A DNA stretch of 64,000 nucleotides, taken from Bacilli bacterium (lineage in GTDB: Bacteria; Bacillota_I; Bacilli_A; JBKEDG01). Both the position numbers and the translations under genes were made by a program. Below, piece by piece: positions 51,033 through 62,356 of this stretch. The notes beneath the pieces are model-generated. The model was not told where the DNA came from. It saw nothing but the letters and a program-made list of their open reading frames with translations, and ran no database searches. Position 1 is the first letter of the stretch, and each line of letters opens with the position of its first letter. Where the stretch lies: NCBI GenBank assembly GCA_047975285.1, contig JBKEDG010000061.1, positions 8,808 to 72,807 of the forward strand. The letters run 5' to 3'.

Positions 51033-52679
51033 CTATAATGTTTGAAGCATTGTTATAATCATTGGTCTTCTACCCTTTTCATCATATATGTATAATGAAA
51101 GTTGTTCTCTTACAGCCTTTTGAATTTCATTATAAGTAGCCGATTCATCAAGAGCCGTAGTAATAATTTTTTTACTTTCATTTTTTAATAACTCAATGTA
51201 CTCTCTATTTTCTTGTATGTGAATGAAACCCCTAGTAACAACTTCAGGACCTGCAACAATTTTTTTATTTTTAAAATTCAAAGCACAACTAACAATAATT
51301 ATTCCATTTTCCTTTAAAAGTTCACGATCCTTTAAAACAACTTCTCCTTCGCTTATTGTATTCCCATCAACCAAAACGTCGCCAACTTTAATATCTGCCC
51401 CAAGGCTAAACTTTTTATTTTCAAAAACAGCGACATTACCATTGTCTAACATCAAAATATTATTTTCATCATACATTGCTGAAATTGCAGCTTTTTTTAC
51501 ATATGTCTGATGTCTATATTCTCCTTTAATTGGAATTAAATATTTAGGTTTAAGTAACTCAAGCATTAAAAGTACATCTTCTTTTGAAGCATGATTACCT
51601 CTTACTTGTTTTTTGCCAACTTCAATAACACTAGCTCCAGTACGATATATATCATCAGTAATCTTGGTAGCCTCCAACTCTGTATTTGGCACAGGACTTG
51701 CAGCAATTAAAACACTATCATCACTTGTCAATTTAAGATGGTTGTCATTTCCCTTAACAATTTTGTCCATTCCACTAAATGGTCTATCTCGTTCACCAGA
51801 AACAATAATTGTCAAGTCTTCATCAATATGTTTGTCAAGATTAAATATTGAAACCAAATCTTTTTTATCAAAATTAAATACCTTAGTTTTAATACCATTA
51901 TTAACTATTTCAGTTAGCCTTTTCCCATATATAACAACTTTTCTATTAGCAGATTTTGACTCAGTCAAAACTTCTTGTATTCGATAATAATTAGAACTAT
52001 ATATCATAACAAATGCTCTTCTACCAGCACTTTCAAAATATTCTGATAATATATCATTAATACGATGTTCTGGTGAAGTATGCCCAGATTTTTGTGCTTG
52101 TAACGATTCTGTTAATAAACATAGTACTCCTTGCTTACCAAGATAAGCTATTTTTCCAATATCAGTAGAATAATTGAATGATGCACTATGGTCAAAAATA
52201 TAATCCGTTGCATAGAAAATAATCCCTTGTTTAGTATTCACTGCATATCCAAAATTTCCTGGAGCAGAATGTGTAAGAGGAATCGCAAAAACGCTATACT
52301 TTCCAAATGAAACATTTTCAAAACGGTCAATAATTTTCATGTTATTACTTTTGAGATTTGACTCCTCAAGCACATAGTTGACCATACTTATGGTAGTTGA
52401 AGATCCATGGATAGTTACGTTTGGAAAGAGAGTAACAAAATCATTTATAGCTCCTACATTATCCATATGTCCGTGAGAAATAAATATTCCCTTTATTCTC
52501 TCCTTATTCTCCTTTAAATATGTAAAATCAGGAACAACCGTATCTATTCCATACATATTTTCATCAGGATACTTGAACCCCGCATCAAATAATATAATAT
52601 CATTACCTATTTCAACACCATACATATTTTTCCCATTTTCACCCATACCACCAAGTGCAAATATTTTAATTTTACTCAT
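51033..52679 (-). CDS. rnjB: Ribonuclease J, J2-like
   Basis: LGGMGENGKNM, HGHMDNVG (degenerate HxHxDH), GPEVVTRGF; sits upstream of ftsK like rnjB in Bacilli. Confidence 0.8.
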   Translation of the reverse strand: MSKIKIFALGGMGENGKNMYGVEIGNDIILFDAGFKYPDENMYGIDTVVPDFTYLKENKERIKGIFISHGHMDNVGAINDFVTLFPNVTIHGSSTTISMVNYVLEESNLKSNNMKIIDRFENVSFGKYSVFAIPLTHSAPGNFGYAVNTKQGIIFYATDYIFDHSASFNYSTDIGKIAYLGKQGVLCLLTESLQAQKSGHTSPEHRINDILSEYFESAGRRAFVMIYSSNYYRIQEVLTESKSANRKVVIYGKRLTEIVNNGIKTKVFNFDKKDLVSIFNLDKHIDEDLTIIVSGERDRPFSGMDKIVKGNDNHLKLTSDDSVLIAASPVPNTELEATKITDDIYRTGASVIEVGKKQVRGNHASKEDVLLMLELLKPKYLIPIKGEYRHQTYVKKAAISAMYDENNILMLDNGNVAVFENKKFSLGADIKVGDVLVDGNTISEGEVVLKDRELLKENGIIIVSCALNFKNKKIVAGPEVVTRGFIHIQENREYIELLKNESKKIITTALDESATYNEIQKAVREQLSLYIYDEKGRRPMIITMLQTL

Positions 52680-52763
52680 AATCGTCCTCCAGTTATATAA
52701 CATTTATATATTATAACACATTTTTACACAAAATTATAGAGTTTAATGTTAATAAACTAATAT

Positions 52764-52798
52764 AAAAAGTACAGAAGTAATCTAACTTCTATACTTTT
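52764..52798 (-). terminator. Terminator of hut operon
   Basis: AAAAGTA.AGAAGT / ACTTCT.TACTTTT inverted repeat. Confidence 0.65.
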
Positions 52799-52819
52799 AA
52801 ATTCCAAACTATTACCTTA

Positions 52820-53461
52820 TTATAAATAACTATTTACCTTTTCTTGATACACATTTAAAAATTCTGTTGACTCTTTAGAAATCTCTAAACATTTTGATTT
52901 ATAATAACTTACTAAATCTACATCACTTAACCCCGGCAAATTAATTTTTACATTTAAAATAGCCCCTTCAATTCCTGCCGATAAAAGCAATGCAGCAACA
53001 CCAACATCTGTAATAGCATTTTTATTTCCAAATTCAATAATGCTTGTCAATAGTTTAAGTGCTTTCAAACTTTCTGTAGCAATCTCATAAGGAACCTTAA
53101 TTATTTCTTTTGTAGCTTCTTCCATTTGTTCAAGACGAAATTGCTTTTCCTCTTCACTATCTTTTGGTAATTTTAATGCTTTCATGAAAATTCCAAATGA
53201 TCTTGTATCTTCATCAACTAAAAACTCAAGACTATCTTGGTGCGCTTTTAACTTAGAAAATGACTCACTAAATAAATCCTTATCTTTTTCATCAAGAGCT
53301 TCATACTTCTTCTTACCAAAAGTTAAATGCCCCACCATTCTAGCAAGTGCACAACCAACAGCTGCAGCAACACTACTAACACTACCACCACCTGGAGCTG
53401 GTGAATCAGAATCAACTTCCTTCACAAATTCTTTTACTGTCAAATCAATTAAATTACCCAC
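52820..53461 (-). CDS. fchA: Formimidoyl-THF cyclodeaminase family
   Basis: SPAPGGGS, GNKNAITD, NVKINL; start moved to GTG 53461 after GGAGGA. Confidence 0.88.
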   Translation of the reverse strand: MGNLIDLTVKEFVKEVDSDSPAPGGGSVSSVAAAVGCALARMVGHLTFGKKKYEALDEKDKDLFSESFSKLKAHQDSLEFLVDEDTRSFGIFMKALKLPKDSEEEKQFRLEQMEEATKEIIKVPYEIATESLKALKLLTSIIEFGNKNAITDVGVAALLLSAGIEGAILNVKINLPGLSDVDLVSYYKSKCLEISKESTEFLNVYQEKVNSYL

Positions 53462-54743
53462 AACTACATCCTCCACAACCACTTGATTTTTCTTTATATA
53501 TTTCGCCGTTAGCAACAACAAGTTTACCATCTTTAAAGACGTGTTTAACATGGCTTTTACCAAAATTATAGAATAAATAATTTAAATTATCAGTATTATA
53601 AACTACAAAGTCAGCATTTTTACCTATTTCAATACTACCTACTTCTTTCTCTAATCCAACTGCCTTTGCAGCATTTATTGTCGTAGCACTAAGAACTTCC
53701 TCAGGTAGCATTCTAACTTTACTCGCTGCCAAATACATTGCAAAAGGTAAACTTTCACTAGGACAACTACCTGGATTATAGTCAGTTGAAACTGCAACAC
53801 AACAGCCAGCATCAATCATATCACGACCTTTTGCAAAATCTTTGTTTAAATTAAATGATGTTGCAACAAGTAAATTAGCTACGATATCACTATTTGCCAT
53901 AGCATCTATCCCTTCTTTACCAGTAGCCATTAAATGATCCGCACTAACACAGCCTAATTCACAAGCTAGTTTTGCTCCACCTAAATCGACAATTTCATCA
54001 GCATGAATTTTCGCTTTAAAACCTTTTGCAACAGCATGTGATAAAATATCTCTCGATTCTTTTGGATTAAATACTGCATCTTCACAGAAAATATCAACAA
54101 ATCTAGCTAAGTCTTTATCAGCCAAATAATCAATCATTTCTTTAACAAGTTTGATATATCCCGCCTTGTTTTCCTTATATTCAGGTGGAACAGCATGAGC
54201 ACCCATAAATGTTGAAACCACTGATATAGGATGTAACTCATTTAACCTTTTGGCCACCTCAAGTTGTTTAAGTTCTGTTTCAAGATTTAAACCATATCCA
54301 CTTTTTGCTTCAACTGTAGTAACACCATATTTTAGCATTGTGTTTAAGCTATCATATGCTTTTTGAAGTAATGAATCAGCACTTGCATTTTTTGTCGCCT
54401 CAACAGTACTTAGTATCCCACCACCAGCTTTTAAAATATCAAGGTAGGGAACACCTTCTAATTTCATCTTTAGTTCATGCTCACGACTTCCACCATGTAC
54501 TAAGTGAGTGTGGGCATCGACCAAACCAGGTGTAACTAGAAATTTATCAGCATCTAAAATAAGCGTATTTTCATCAACCAAGCTTTCATCATATTCACCA
54601 GTTCCTACATGGGAAAATTTCCCCTTTGTTACAGCAAACCAACCATTATCAATTGCTCCAACTTCCTTCATTTCACTACCACGTCTTGGACCTCCATCCA
54701 TTGTAATCAATGTTGAAGTATTATATACTATTAAATCAGCCAT
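53454..54743 (-). CDS. hutI: Imidazolonepropionase
   Basis: PGLVDAHTH, GGGILST, EAKSGYG, HADE, TDYNPG. Confidence 0.96.
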   Translation of the reverse strand: MADLIVYNTSTLITMDGGPRRGSEMKEVGAIDNGWFAVTKGKFSHVGTGEYDESLVDENTLILDADKFLVTPGLVDAHTHLVHGGSREHELKMKLEGVPYLDILKAGGGILSTVEATKNASADSLLQKAYDSLNTMLKYGVTTVEAKSGYGLNLETELKQLEVAKRLNELHPISVVSTFMGAHAVPPEYKENKAGYIKLVKEMIDYLADKDLARFVDIFCEDAVFNPKESRDILSHAVAKGFKAKIHADEIVDLGGAKLACELGCVSADHLMATGKEGIDAMANSDIVANLLVATSFNLNKDFAKGRDMIDAGCCVAVSTDYNPGSCPSESLPFAMYLAASKVRMLPEEVLSATTINAAKAVGLEKEVGSIEIGKNADFVVYNTDNLNYLFYNFGKSHVKHVFKDGKLVVANGEIYKEKSSGCGGCSCG

Positions 54744-55636
54744 TATAATAAACTATTCTCCAAAACCATATCCATATTAAACCCTTCAACTTTCAAGTAG
54801 AAACTTGCACAATCAGTAAGTGCCTCCATTGGAAGTGAGCCAATAATCTCGCTACCAATTACATTAACACCATACCTAGCAGCTTCAAATTTAACTGTTT
54901 CAAAAACTCTATATATACTTGTTTTTCTATAATCAAGGATATTCATAGAAACTTGTACAATTCCACGCTCTGTTAGTTCCATTGGTCCAGCTTGTACAAA
55001 ACGAAACCCACCACTACTAAATCTAATTGCCTTAGAAATCGATGCTGCAATATCTACATTATCTGTATCTAAATTAATATTAAAAGCAATAAGTGGAACA
55101 CGAGCACCCACAGCAGTACATCCAGCGGTCGGATGTTTTTTTGCGTTCCCATAGTCAGGAGCCCAATTTTCTTCTTTAATTTTATCATCAAATCCTTCAA
55201 ATTCACCTTTTCTTATTGTTGGTAATTTAATACGATCTGGTTTATTAGCCGCTTCTGCATACATATAAATAGGTAAATCATACTTGCTTGCCAATTCTTT
55301 TCCAAGTTCATTTGCAACTTCAACACACTCTTCCATTGTAATATTTTTAAGTGGAATAAATGGAATAACATCTGTTGCCCCCATTCTCTTATGTTCTCCT
55401 GAATGGTTATTTAAGTCGATTAGTTCTGTAGTTTTTCCAACTAAGTCAATTAACGCACTCTTAATTGCATCAATATCTCCAAGTAAAGTTACAACTGTTC
55501 TGTTGTGATCTGGATCTGGCAAATAACTTACTAGTTTAAAACCTTTACGGTCCTTTAATACACTTACAATTTTTTCAACTTTATCTAAATCCCTACCTTC
55601 TGAAAAGTTAGGTACACATTGAACTATTCTATTCAT
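54743..55636 (-). CDS. ftcD: Glutamate formimidoyltransferase
   Basis: CVPNFSEGR, DHNRTVVT, GEHKRMGATDVIPF, VQVSMN. Confidence 0.95.
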   Translation of the reverse strand: MNRIVQCVPNFSEGRDLDKVEKIVSVLKDRKGFKLVSYLPDPDHNRTVVTLLGDIDAIKSALIDLVGKTTELIDLNNHSGEHKRMGATDVIPFIPLKNITMEECVEVANELGKELASKYDLPIYMYAEAANKPDRIKLPTIRKGEFEGFDDKIKEENWAPDYGNAKKHPTAGCTAVGARVPLIAFNINLDTDNVDIAASISKAIRFSSGGFRFVQAGPMELTERGIVQVSMNILDYRKTSIYRVFETVKFEAARYGVNVIGSEIIGSLPMEALTDCASFYLKVEGFNMDMVLENSLL

Positions 55637-55645
55637 AATCTCTCC

Positions 55646-57304
55646 TTAAAATAATCCGTCGATTTTCCCATCGTCGGAAATTGTCATTCTATTTGCTGCA
55701 GGTACTTTTGGTAACCCCGGCATTCTCATTACACTACCAAGGATTGCAACAACAAATCCTGCTCCTGTATTTACAATAAAATCTCTAACAGTTACATCAA
55801 AACCACTTGGTGCTCCGATTTTTTTAGCATCGTCACTAAATGAGTATTGTGTCTTTGCAACACAGATTGGAAAATTACCAAACCCACCTTTTTCAATTTT
55901 CTCTAATGATTCTTTTGCCTCTTCTGTCAAAATAACGTTTTTTGCACCATATATTTCAGTAGCAATTTTATTCATTTTTGCTTCTAGGCTCATATCTAAA
56001 TCATATAAATATTTAAAATCGTTTTTCTGTTCACAAATTTCAACAACTGCATTTGCTAAATCAACTGCTCCTTCTCCACCTTTTGCATGAACTTCAGTAA
56101 GTATTGCTTTTATTCCCAAATCTGCACACATTTTGGTAAGTAAATCAAATTCTGCCTTAGTGTCAGTTGGAAATGCATTAATTGCAACAACTGGAGTAAG
56201 TCCAAATTTCTTTACATTTATAATATGTTTTTCTAAGTTGCAAAAACCAGTTTTAACAGCTTCAAGATTTTCGCTTGCAAGGTCAGTTTTTTCAACACCA
56301 CCATGCATTTTTAATGCTCTAATCGTAGCCACTAAAACTACAGCAGAAGGTGTTAAATTACCGTATCTACACTTAATGTCTATAAACTTCTCAGCACCCA
56401 AATCTGCTCCAAACCCTGCCTCAGTAACAGTATAATCACTTAACTTAAGAGCTGTTTCTGTTGCAATAATTGAATTACATCCATGAGCAATATTTGCAAA
56501 TGGTCCACCATGAATAACAACTGGAGTGTGTTCAAGAGTTTGTACTAGATTAGGCTTCATAGCATCCTTTAAAAGCAAACAAACTGCGTGTGTTGCTTGG
56601 ATATCATTTACAGTTATTTTTTCACCTTTTGTTGAATAAGCAATGATAATTCTTCCAACTCGTTTTTTTAAGTCTCCGATATCTGTAGCAAGACATAATA
56701 TTGCCATTATCTCACTTGCAACAGTAATATCAAATCCATCTTTTCTAGTCATTTGATCATATTTACCATCTATTCCAACAACAACTCTTCTTAACGCACG
56801 ATCATTTAAATCTACACAGCGCTTCCAAGTAATATTTTCAATATCAACATCTAAATTGTTACCTTGAAAAATATGATTATCTAACATAGTAGCAATTAAA
56901 TTATTAGCAGAAGTAATAGCATGAAAATCACCCGTAAAGTGAAGATTTATATCTTCCATAGGAACAACTTGTGCTTCTCCACCACCTGCGGCTCCACCTT
57001 TAATACCAAAGATTGGGCCAAGACTAGGTTCTCTAAGAGCACTAATTGCACTCTTACCAATCTTATTAAGTCCCATTGACAATCCAATATTAACGGTTGT
57101 TTTTCCTTCACCTGCAGGTGTAGGACTAATAGCTGTAACTAAAATCAATTTACCTTTTTTATCTGATTTTATTTTAGAAATATCAATCTTTGCTTTATAT
57201 TTACCATATAATTCTAAACTATCTTCATTTAACCCTAATTTTTCTCCAACTTTTAAAATATGTTGCATCTCACAACTTTGTGCTATTTCAATATCTGATC
57301 TCAT
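55646..57304 (-). CDS. fhs: Formate-tetrahydrofolate ligase
   Basis: [43 protein letters not shown]. Confidence 0.97.
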   Translation of the reverse strand: MRSDIEIAQSCEMQHILKVGEKLGLNEDSLELYGKYKAKIDISKIKSDKKGKLILVTAISPTPAGEGKTTVNIGLSMGLNKIGKSAISALREPSLGPIFGIKGGAAGGGEAQVVPMEDINLHFTGDFHAITSANNLIATMLDNHIFQGNNLDVDIENITWKRCVDLNDRALRRVVVGIDGKYDQMTRKDGFDITVASEIMAILCLATDIGDLKKRVGRIIIAYSTKGEKITVNDIQATHAVCLLLKDAMKPNLVQTLEHTPVVIHGGPFANIAHGCNSIIATETALKLSDYTVTEAGFGADLGAEKFIDIKCRYGNLTPSAVVLVATIRALKMHGGVEKTDLASENLEAVKTGFCNLEKHIINVKKFGLTPVVAINAFPTDTKAEFDLLTKMCADLGIKAILTEVHAKGGEGAVDLANAVVEICEQKNDFKYLYDLDMSLEAKMNKIATEIYGAKNVILTEEAKESLEKIEKGGFGNFPICVAKTQYSFSDDAKKIGAPSGFDVTVRDFIVNTGAGFVVAILGSVMRMPGLPKVPAANRMTISDDGKIDGLF

Positions 57305-59326
57305 TTATTTTCCTCCCTTGATATAATTTTTATTTACAAGATCACTAACTAAATTAGAATCTGACACTACAGGAACTGTAATATATGAGTTCATTTCATC
57401 TAGTTCATTATATTCTTCCACAGTAGAAATTGAATTGTCATTACATGCCCAAGCTCTTCTTCCAACACCCATCATTACGTCAAAAGGCATTGCCGCACGC
57501 AGAATTTCATCAACTTTATCACTTCCATCAAGAAGCATTCCAAATCCACCATTAATTGATTTCCCAATACCTACTCCTCCACCATTGTGAAGTGCAACTA
57601 AACTCATCCCACGAGCAGCGTTTCCTGCATAAACATGAGTAGCCATATCTGCCATAATATTAGATCCATCTTTAATATTAGATGTCTCTCTAAATGGTGA
57701 ATCAGTTCCACCTGTATCGTGATGATCTCTTCCAAGCATGATTGGACCTACTTCACCTTTTCTCACCAAATCATTAAACTTCAAAGCAATTTTTAATCTA
57801 CCCAGTGCATCTTGGTATAAAATTCTTGCTTTAGTTCCTACAACTAATTTATTATTCTTTGCTTCTTTTATCCAAATATAATTATCTCGATCTTGGAAAC
57901 GACGATTTGGATCAATACAACTCATTGCTGCTTGATCTGTAGCATCCAGATCAGCATCACTGCCACTCAAACATACCCATCTAAATGGACCATACCCATA
58001 ATCAAATAATAATGGTCCTAAAATATCCTCTACATAGCTTGGCCATATAAATCCATCTAAATCATTTTTTCCATTCTTGCATATTTCAACTACTCCAGCA
58101 TCATATATTGCTTTCATAAAACTATTCCCATAATCAAAGAAATATGTTCCCTTACCAGTAAGTTTTTTAATTATTTCATAGTGTCTAATAAGGCCTTCAT
58201 TAGTCTTTTTTACAAACTCTTGCTTATTAGTCGCAAGTAAATTGGTTCTTTCCTCAAAACTCGTTCCAGCAGGACAATAACCACCATCATAAACGTTATG
58301 ACAAGATGTTTGATCACTTAATAAAGGAATTTCAATATCATTTTCAAACGCATACTCTAAAACATCCACAATATTACCATGATAAGCAATTGAAAGTTTT
58401 GTCTTGCTATCTAAATTTTCCTTTGCTTTTGCAAAACAATCCGCAAGATCCTTTGCAACGTACGTTACCCAACCTTGAGAGTGTCTTGTTTCAATTCTTG
58501 AATAATCAACCTCTGCAATAATACTAACTCCACCAGCAACTTCACAAGCACGACCTTGAGCTCCACTCATACCACCTAGACCACTTGAAACAAATAATAC
58601 TCCTGCTAAATCATCATTAGCACCAACGCCACAATGTGCTCTTGCTGCATTTAATACAGTTGAATAAGTTCCATGTACAATACCTTGTGGTCCAATATAC
58701 ATCCAGCCTCCAGCCGTCATTTGTCCATAATTAGCAACACCTAATGCTGCAGCACGGTTAAAGTTATCCAAATCATCATAAAGTCCTGTCATCAATCCAT
58801 TCGTAATCATTACTCGTGGATTCAACTCATGAGATTTATACAAACCAAGTGGATGTCCTGACATTATAACTAAAGTTTGCTTAGAATTCATTTCTTTTAG
58901 ATACTTTATTATAAGATGATATTGTAGCCAGTTTTGAAACACTTGTCCTGTCTCTCCATATGTTACTAACTCATATGGATAAAGAGCAATGTCAAAGCAA
59001 AGATTATTTGCTATCATAACTTGAAAAGCTTTAGCCTCAATAATATTACCTTCATATTCTTCAATACTCTTAGCACTCATATCACCAGTTGGTCTAAATC
59101 TATACGCATAAATTCTACCATAAGTAAGTAGTTCATCTAAAAATTCAGGTGCTAGCACTTCATGCCATTTTTGCGGCACATAACGCAAAGCATTCTTTAG
59201 TGCAAGTTCTGTTTCTTCTTTTGTTAATGTAAATTCTCTCTTTGGCGCTCTCCTTATCCCTTCTTGAAATTTAGGATAGTCTGGCAATTCATTAAAAATC
59301 GCCTCAATTGTAAAAACTTTATTCAT
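57305..59326 (-). CDS. hutU: Urocanate hydratase (long form)
   Basis: PYELVTYGETG, YGQMTAGGWMYIGPQGIVHGT, GLGGMSGAQ, DQTSCH, GRDHHD, HNGGGVG. Confidence 0.96.
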   Translation of the reverse strand: MNKVFTIEAIFNELPDYPKFQEGIRRAPKREFTLTKEETELALKNALRYVPQKWHEVLAPEFLDELLTYGRIYAYRFRPTGDMSAKSIEEYEGNIIEAKAFQVMIANNLCFDIALYPYELVTYGETGQVFQNWLQYHLIIKYLKEMNSKQTLVIMSGHPLGLYKSHELNPRVMITNGLMTGLYDDLDNFNRAAALGVANYGQMTAGGWMYIGPQGIVHGTYSTVLNAARAHCGVGANDDLAGVLFVSSGLGGMSGAQGRACEVAGGVSIIAEVDYSRIETRHSQGWVTYVAKDLADCFAKAKENLDSKTKLSIAYHGNIVDVLEYAFENDIEIPLLSDQTSCHNVYDGGYCPAGTSFEERTNLLATNKQEFVKKTNEGLIRHYEIIKKLTGKGTYFFDYGNSFMKAIYDAGVVEICKNGKNDLDGFIWPSYVEDILGPLLFDYGYGPFRWVCLSGSDADLDATDQAAMSCIDPNRRFQDRDNYIWIKEAKNNKLVVGTKARILYQDALGRLKIALKFNDLVRKGEVGPIMLGRDHHDTGGTDSPFRETSNIKDGSNIMADMATHVYAGNAARGMSLVALHNGGGVGIGKSINGGFGMLLDGSDKVDEILRAAMPFDVMMGVGRRAWACNDNSISTVEEYNELDEMNSYITVPVVSDSNLVSDLVNKNYIKGGK

Positions 59327-59610
59327 AAAAACCCTCCTTTATAATATATAATAATTATATAAGTTTTGACACATCAAATGCATTAATATCAAAAAGGAAT
59401 AAATAAGATACATTTGTGAATAATGAACAATCATTTGATGAATACATCTATTTATTAGATTTACTCTAAAATTATTTTTACTTTACCAATCAACTATTAT
59501 CTATAAGATACTAGTATCATATAGATAATAATAAATATTAGTAAAATTACAGCAAAAAAGATACAAATTATACTTTTAATTTGTATTTCAAACAAAAACT
59601 ACCTAATAAT

Positions 59611-59639
59611 AAAAAAACTCTAAAATTAGAAGTTTTTTA
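59611..59639 (-). terminator. Probable terminator of tdh (a second hairpin lies at 59561-59586)
   Basis: AAAAAAACT.CTAA/TTAGAAGTTTTTTT inverted repeat. Confidence 0.5.
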
Positions 59640-59647
59640 TATTGAAT

Positions 59648-60673
59648 CTATTCCCAATCTAAAATGATTTTCCCACTATTTCCACTCGCCATAATTTCAA
59701 ATGCCTCTTGAAAGTCATCCACTTTAAATCTATGTGTAACTATTGGGTTAATATCTAAACCAGATTGTAAAAGTGCGCTCATTTTAAACCAAGTACGATA
59801 CATTTCTCTACCATAAATTCCTTTTATGAATAAACCTTTAAAAACAACTTTATTCCAGTCAATAGTTGCATCCTTTGGTAAAATTGCAAGCAACGAAATT
59901 TTACCTCCATTGGCCATATTATCAAGCATATCGTTAAATGCAATCTTTGACCCACTCATCTCAAGACCAACCCCAAATCCATTTTTTATTCCAATTTCAC
60001 AACATATATCAGTTAAAGAAACATTACTCGTATTATATGCATATTTAAGTCCCATTTTTTTAGCAAGATTAAGGCGATAATCATTTATATCTGTAATTAC
60101 AACTTTTCTTGCCCCTGCTTTTTTTGCTACAGCAGCTGCCATTATACCAATCGGCCCTGCCCCAGTAACCAAAACATCTTCTCCAACTAGATCATATGAT
60201 AAAGCAGTATGTACAGCATTTCCTAGGGGATCAAAAACTGAAAACAGTTCCTCATTGATTTCAGGATCACAATGCCATACATTTGAAGATGGAATAACTA
60301 AGTACTCAGCAAATGCTCCATCACGATTAACACCAACGCCATAAGTATTAGGGCATAAATGTTGCTGCTCATTTAAACAATGGTGGCATTCCCCGCATAC
60401 AATATGTCCCTCGCCAGAAACAATATCTCCTTTTTTTACATTGCTAACATTCTTACCAAAATCAACAATTTTCCCCACATATTCATGACCAATTGTCATA
60501 GGAGTTTTAATCGTATTTTGAGCCCAGTCATCCCAATTATAAATATGGATATCTGTTCCACAAATAGAAGTTTTCTTTATTTTAATCAATACTTCATTAT
60601 CACCAAATTCAGGCATATTTACATCTTCCATCCAAATTCCTTTTTCTGGATATTTTTTTACTAGTGCTTTCAT
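59648..60673 (-). CDS. tdh: L-threonine 3-dehydrogenase
   Basis: [18 protein letters not shown], structural-Zn CxxCxxC...[11 protein letters not shown]. Confidence 0.94.
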   Translation of the reverse strand: MKALVKKYPEKGIWMEDVNMPEFGDNEVLIKIKKTSICGTDIHIYNWDDWAQNTIKTPMTIGHEYVGKIVDFGKNVSNVKKGDIVSGEGHIVCGECHHCLNEQQHLCPNTYGVGVNRDGAFAEYLVIPSSNVWHCDPEINEELFSVFDPLGNAVHTALSYDLVGEDVLVTGAGPIGIMAAAVAKKAGARKVVITDINDYRLNLAKKMGLKYAYNTSNVSLTDICCEIGIKNGFGVGLEMSGSKIAFNDMLDNMANGGKISLLAILPKDATIDWNKVVFKGLFIKGIYGREMYRTWFKMSALLQSGLDINPIVTHRFKVDDFQEAFEIMASGNSGKIILDWE

Positions 60674-60770
60674 AAAAACTCTCCTTTTCAATTTCTAATT
60701 TATATATTAATTGTAACATTTAGAATAGATTTTGTCATTAAAAAAGAACTAGTATTAACTAATTCTATAG

Positions 60771-62198
60771 TTATTTTTTAATATAATAATTAATGTTATC
60801 TAAAACTTGAGTTTTTCCCAACAACCAAATGTTTTCAGCAAGTTCAACTCCATGCATTAAATGAGTAGCACTTATTCTAAGTGGCATAAAAAGTGATTTT
60901 CCTTTAGCTCCAGTAATAAACTTAGTTTTATTAATAACATCCTTAATATTATCTATTGTCCACTCGTCAACTAATGTTATCTGCTTTTTAAATTCACAAA
61001 TAGTATTTTCAATACCCTCTTTTTCCATAAATTCTATTGCATCTTTTTCTAAAGTTGGTTCTTTTAGAAAGCCTTCCAATAGTTCAATAATTTGATCTCC
61101 ATAATTTAATTGTTTTTTATATAAATTAACCATCACCTTTTGTTCTTCTAAACTATATTCATCTAATTTACTACCTATAAACTTCATGACAAATTGATAA
61201 TAAGCATCATCATCTAATTCATTGATATACTTACTATTTATCCACTTTAATTTTTCAATATCAAAAACAGATGGTGCCTTACTAATTCTCTCGATACTAA
61301 ACTTTTTTGTAAGTTCTTCCAAATTAAAAATTTCAATATTATCCTCTGGACTCCATCCTAATAGTGCTAAATAGTTAATAATAGCCTCAGGCAAAAAACC
61401 ACGTTTGCTTAAATCATTATAACTAGCATCGTTATTACGCTTAGACAACTTCTTACCATCTATATTAACAATTGATGGCAAATGTACATAAATTGGTTGT
61501 TCCCATCCAAAAGCATCGTAAAGTCTACAATACTTTGGAGTAGAAGTTAAATATTCATTACCACGAACAACATGAGTAATTTTCATTAAATAATCATCTA
61601 TAACATTTGCAAAATTATATGTAGGATAGCCATCACCTTTTATCAGAATTTGATCTTCTAATTCTTCATTATCAAATGATATTTTTCCATACACTAAATC
61701 ATTATAAACTGTCTTCCCAGTAGTTGGCATTGCCTGTCTTATAACATATTTTTCACTATTCTTTAACTTTTCATTAATCTCTATTTGACTCAAGTTCTTA
61801 CAGTGACCATCATATCTAAATGCTCTTTTGCTTATTTTTGCAGTCTTTCTTAAATTATCTAAACGTTCCTCACTACAAAAACAATAATAAGCCTGATTTT
61901 CATCCACAAGTTGCTTAGCATACTTTTCGTAATTACCACGCTCGCTTTGTATATACGGACCGTATTCGCCACCAATATCTGGACCTTCATCATGAATTAG
62001 ACCAGTTGCTTTTAAAGTGGCAAAAATCACATTAACGGCATCCTCAACATATCGTTCTCTATCCGTATCCTCAACTCTTAAAACAAAAGTTCCATTGCTA
62101 ATTTTTGCAATAAGATATGTATATAATGCACTTCTTAAATTACCAACATGCATATACCCTGTAGGACTCGGCGCAAATCTCGTTCTTGTTTCATTCAT
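60771..62198 (-). CDS. gltX: Glutamate-tRNA ligase
   Basis: RFAPSPTGYMHVGN, RVEDTD, THVVRG, KLSKR. Confidence 0.97.
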   Translation of the reverse strand: MNETRTRFAPSPTGYMHVGNLRSALYTYLIAKISNGTFVLRVEDTDRERYVEDAVNVIFATLKATGLIHDEGPDIGGEYGPYIQSERGNYEKYAKQLVDENQAYYCFCSEERLDNLRKTAKISKRAFRYDGHCKNLSQIEINEKLKNSEKYVIRQAMPTTGKTVYNDLVYGKISFDNEELEDQILIKGDGYPTYNFANVIDDYLMKITHVVRGNEYLTSTPKYCRLYDAFGWEQPIYVHLPSIVNIDGKKLSKRNNDASYNDLSKRGFLPEAIINYLALLGWSPEDNIEIFNLEELTKKFSIERISKAPSVFDIEKLKWINSKYINELDDDAYYQFVMKFIGSKLDEYSLEEQKVMVNLYKKQLNYGDQIIELLEGFLKEPTLEKDAIEFMEKEGIENTICEFKKQITLVDEWTIDNIKDVINKTKFITGAKGKSLFMPLRISATHLMHGVELAENIWLLGKTQVLDNINYYIKK

Positions 62199-62306
62199 TA
62201 TATCACTCCTATACATTATAATTTTAACATAAAACAAGTAAATAATGAAGTTTTTTCACAGTTTATCTTTCACAATTTTATTTTTATAACATATTCAAAT
62301 AAAAGT

Positions 62307-62335
62307 TTGAAAAAAATTAGAATTGATAGTATAAT
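62307..62335 (+). promoter_or_regulatory. SigA-type promoter of gap
   Basis: TTGAAA-17 nt-TATAAT before GAGGTG RBS. Confidence 0.75.
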
Positions 62336-62356
62336 ATATTATGGAGAGGTGATAAA

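Noticed and set aside
51033-52679. Degenerate metal motif HGHMDN in RNase J as a novelty
   Set aside because: Expected for RNase J2-type paralogs in Bacilli.
53462-53563. N-terminal extension of fchA in the ORF track
   Set aside because: Overlaps hutI; a GTG start with a GGAGGA RBS exists at 53461.
59414-59430. TTGTGAATAATGAACAA, Rex-like operator upstream of hutU
   Set aside because: Spacing is one base short and the right half-site is poor; plausible by chance in AT-rich DNA.
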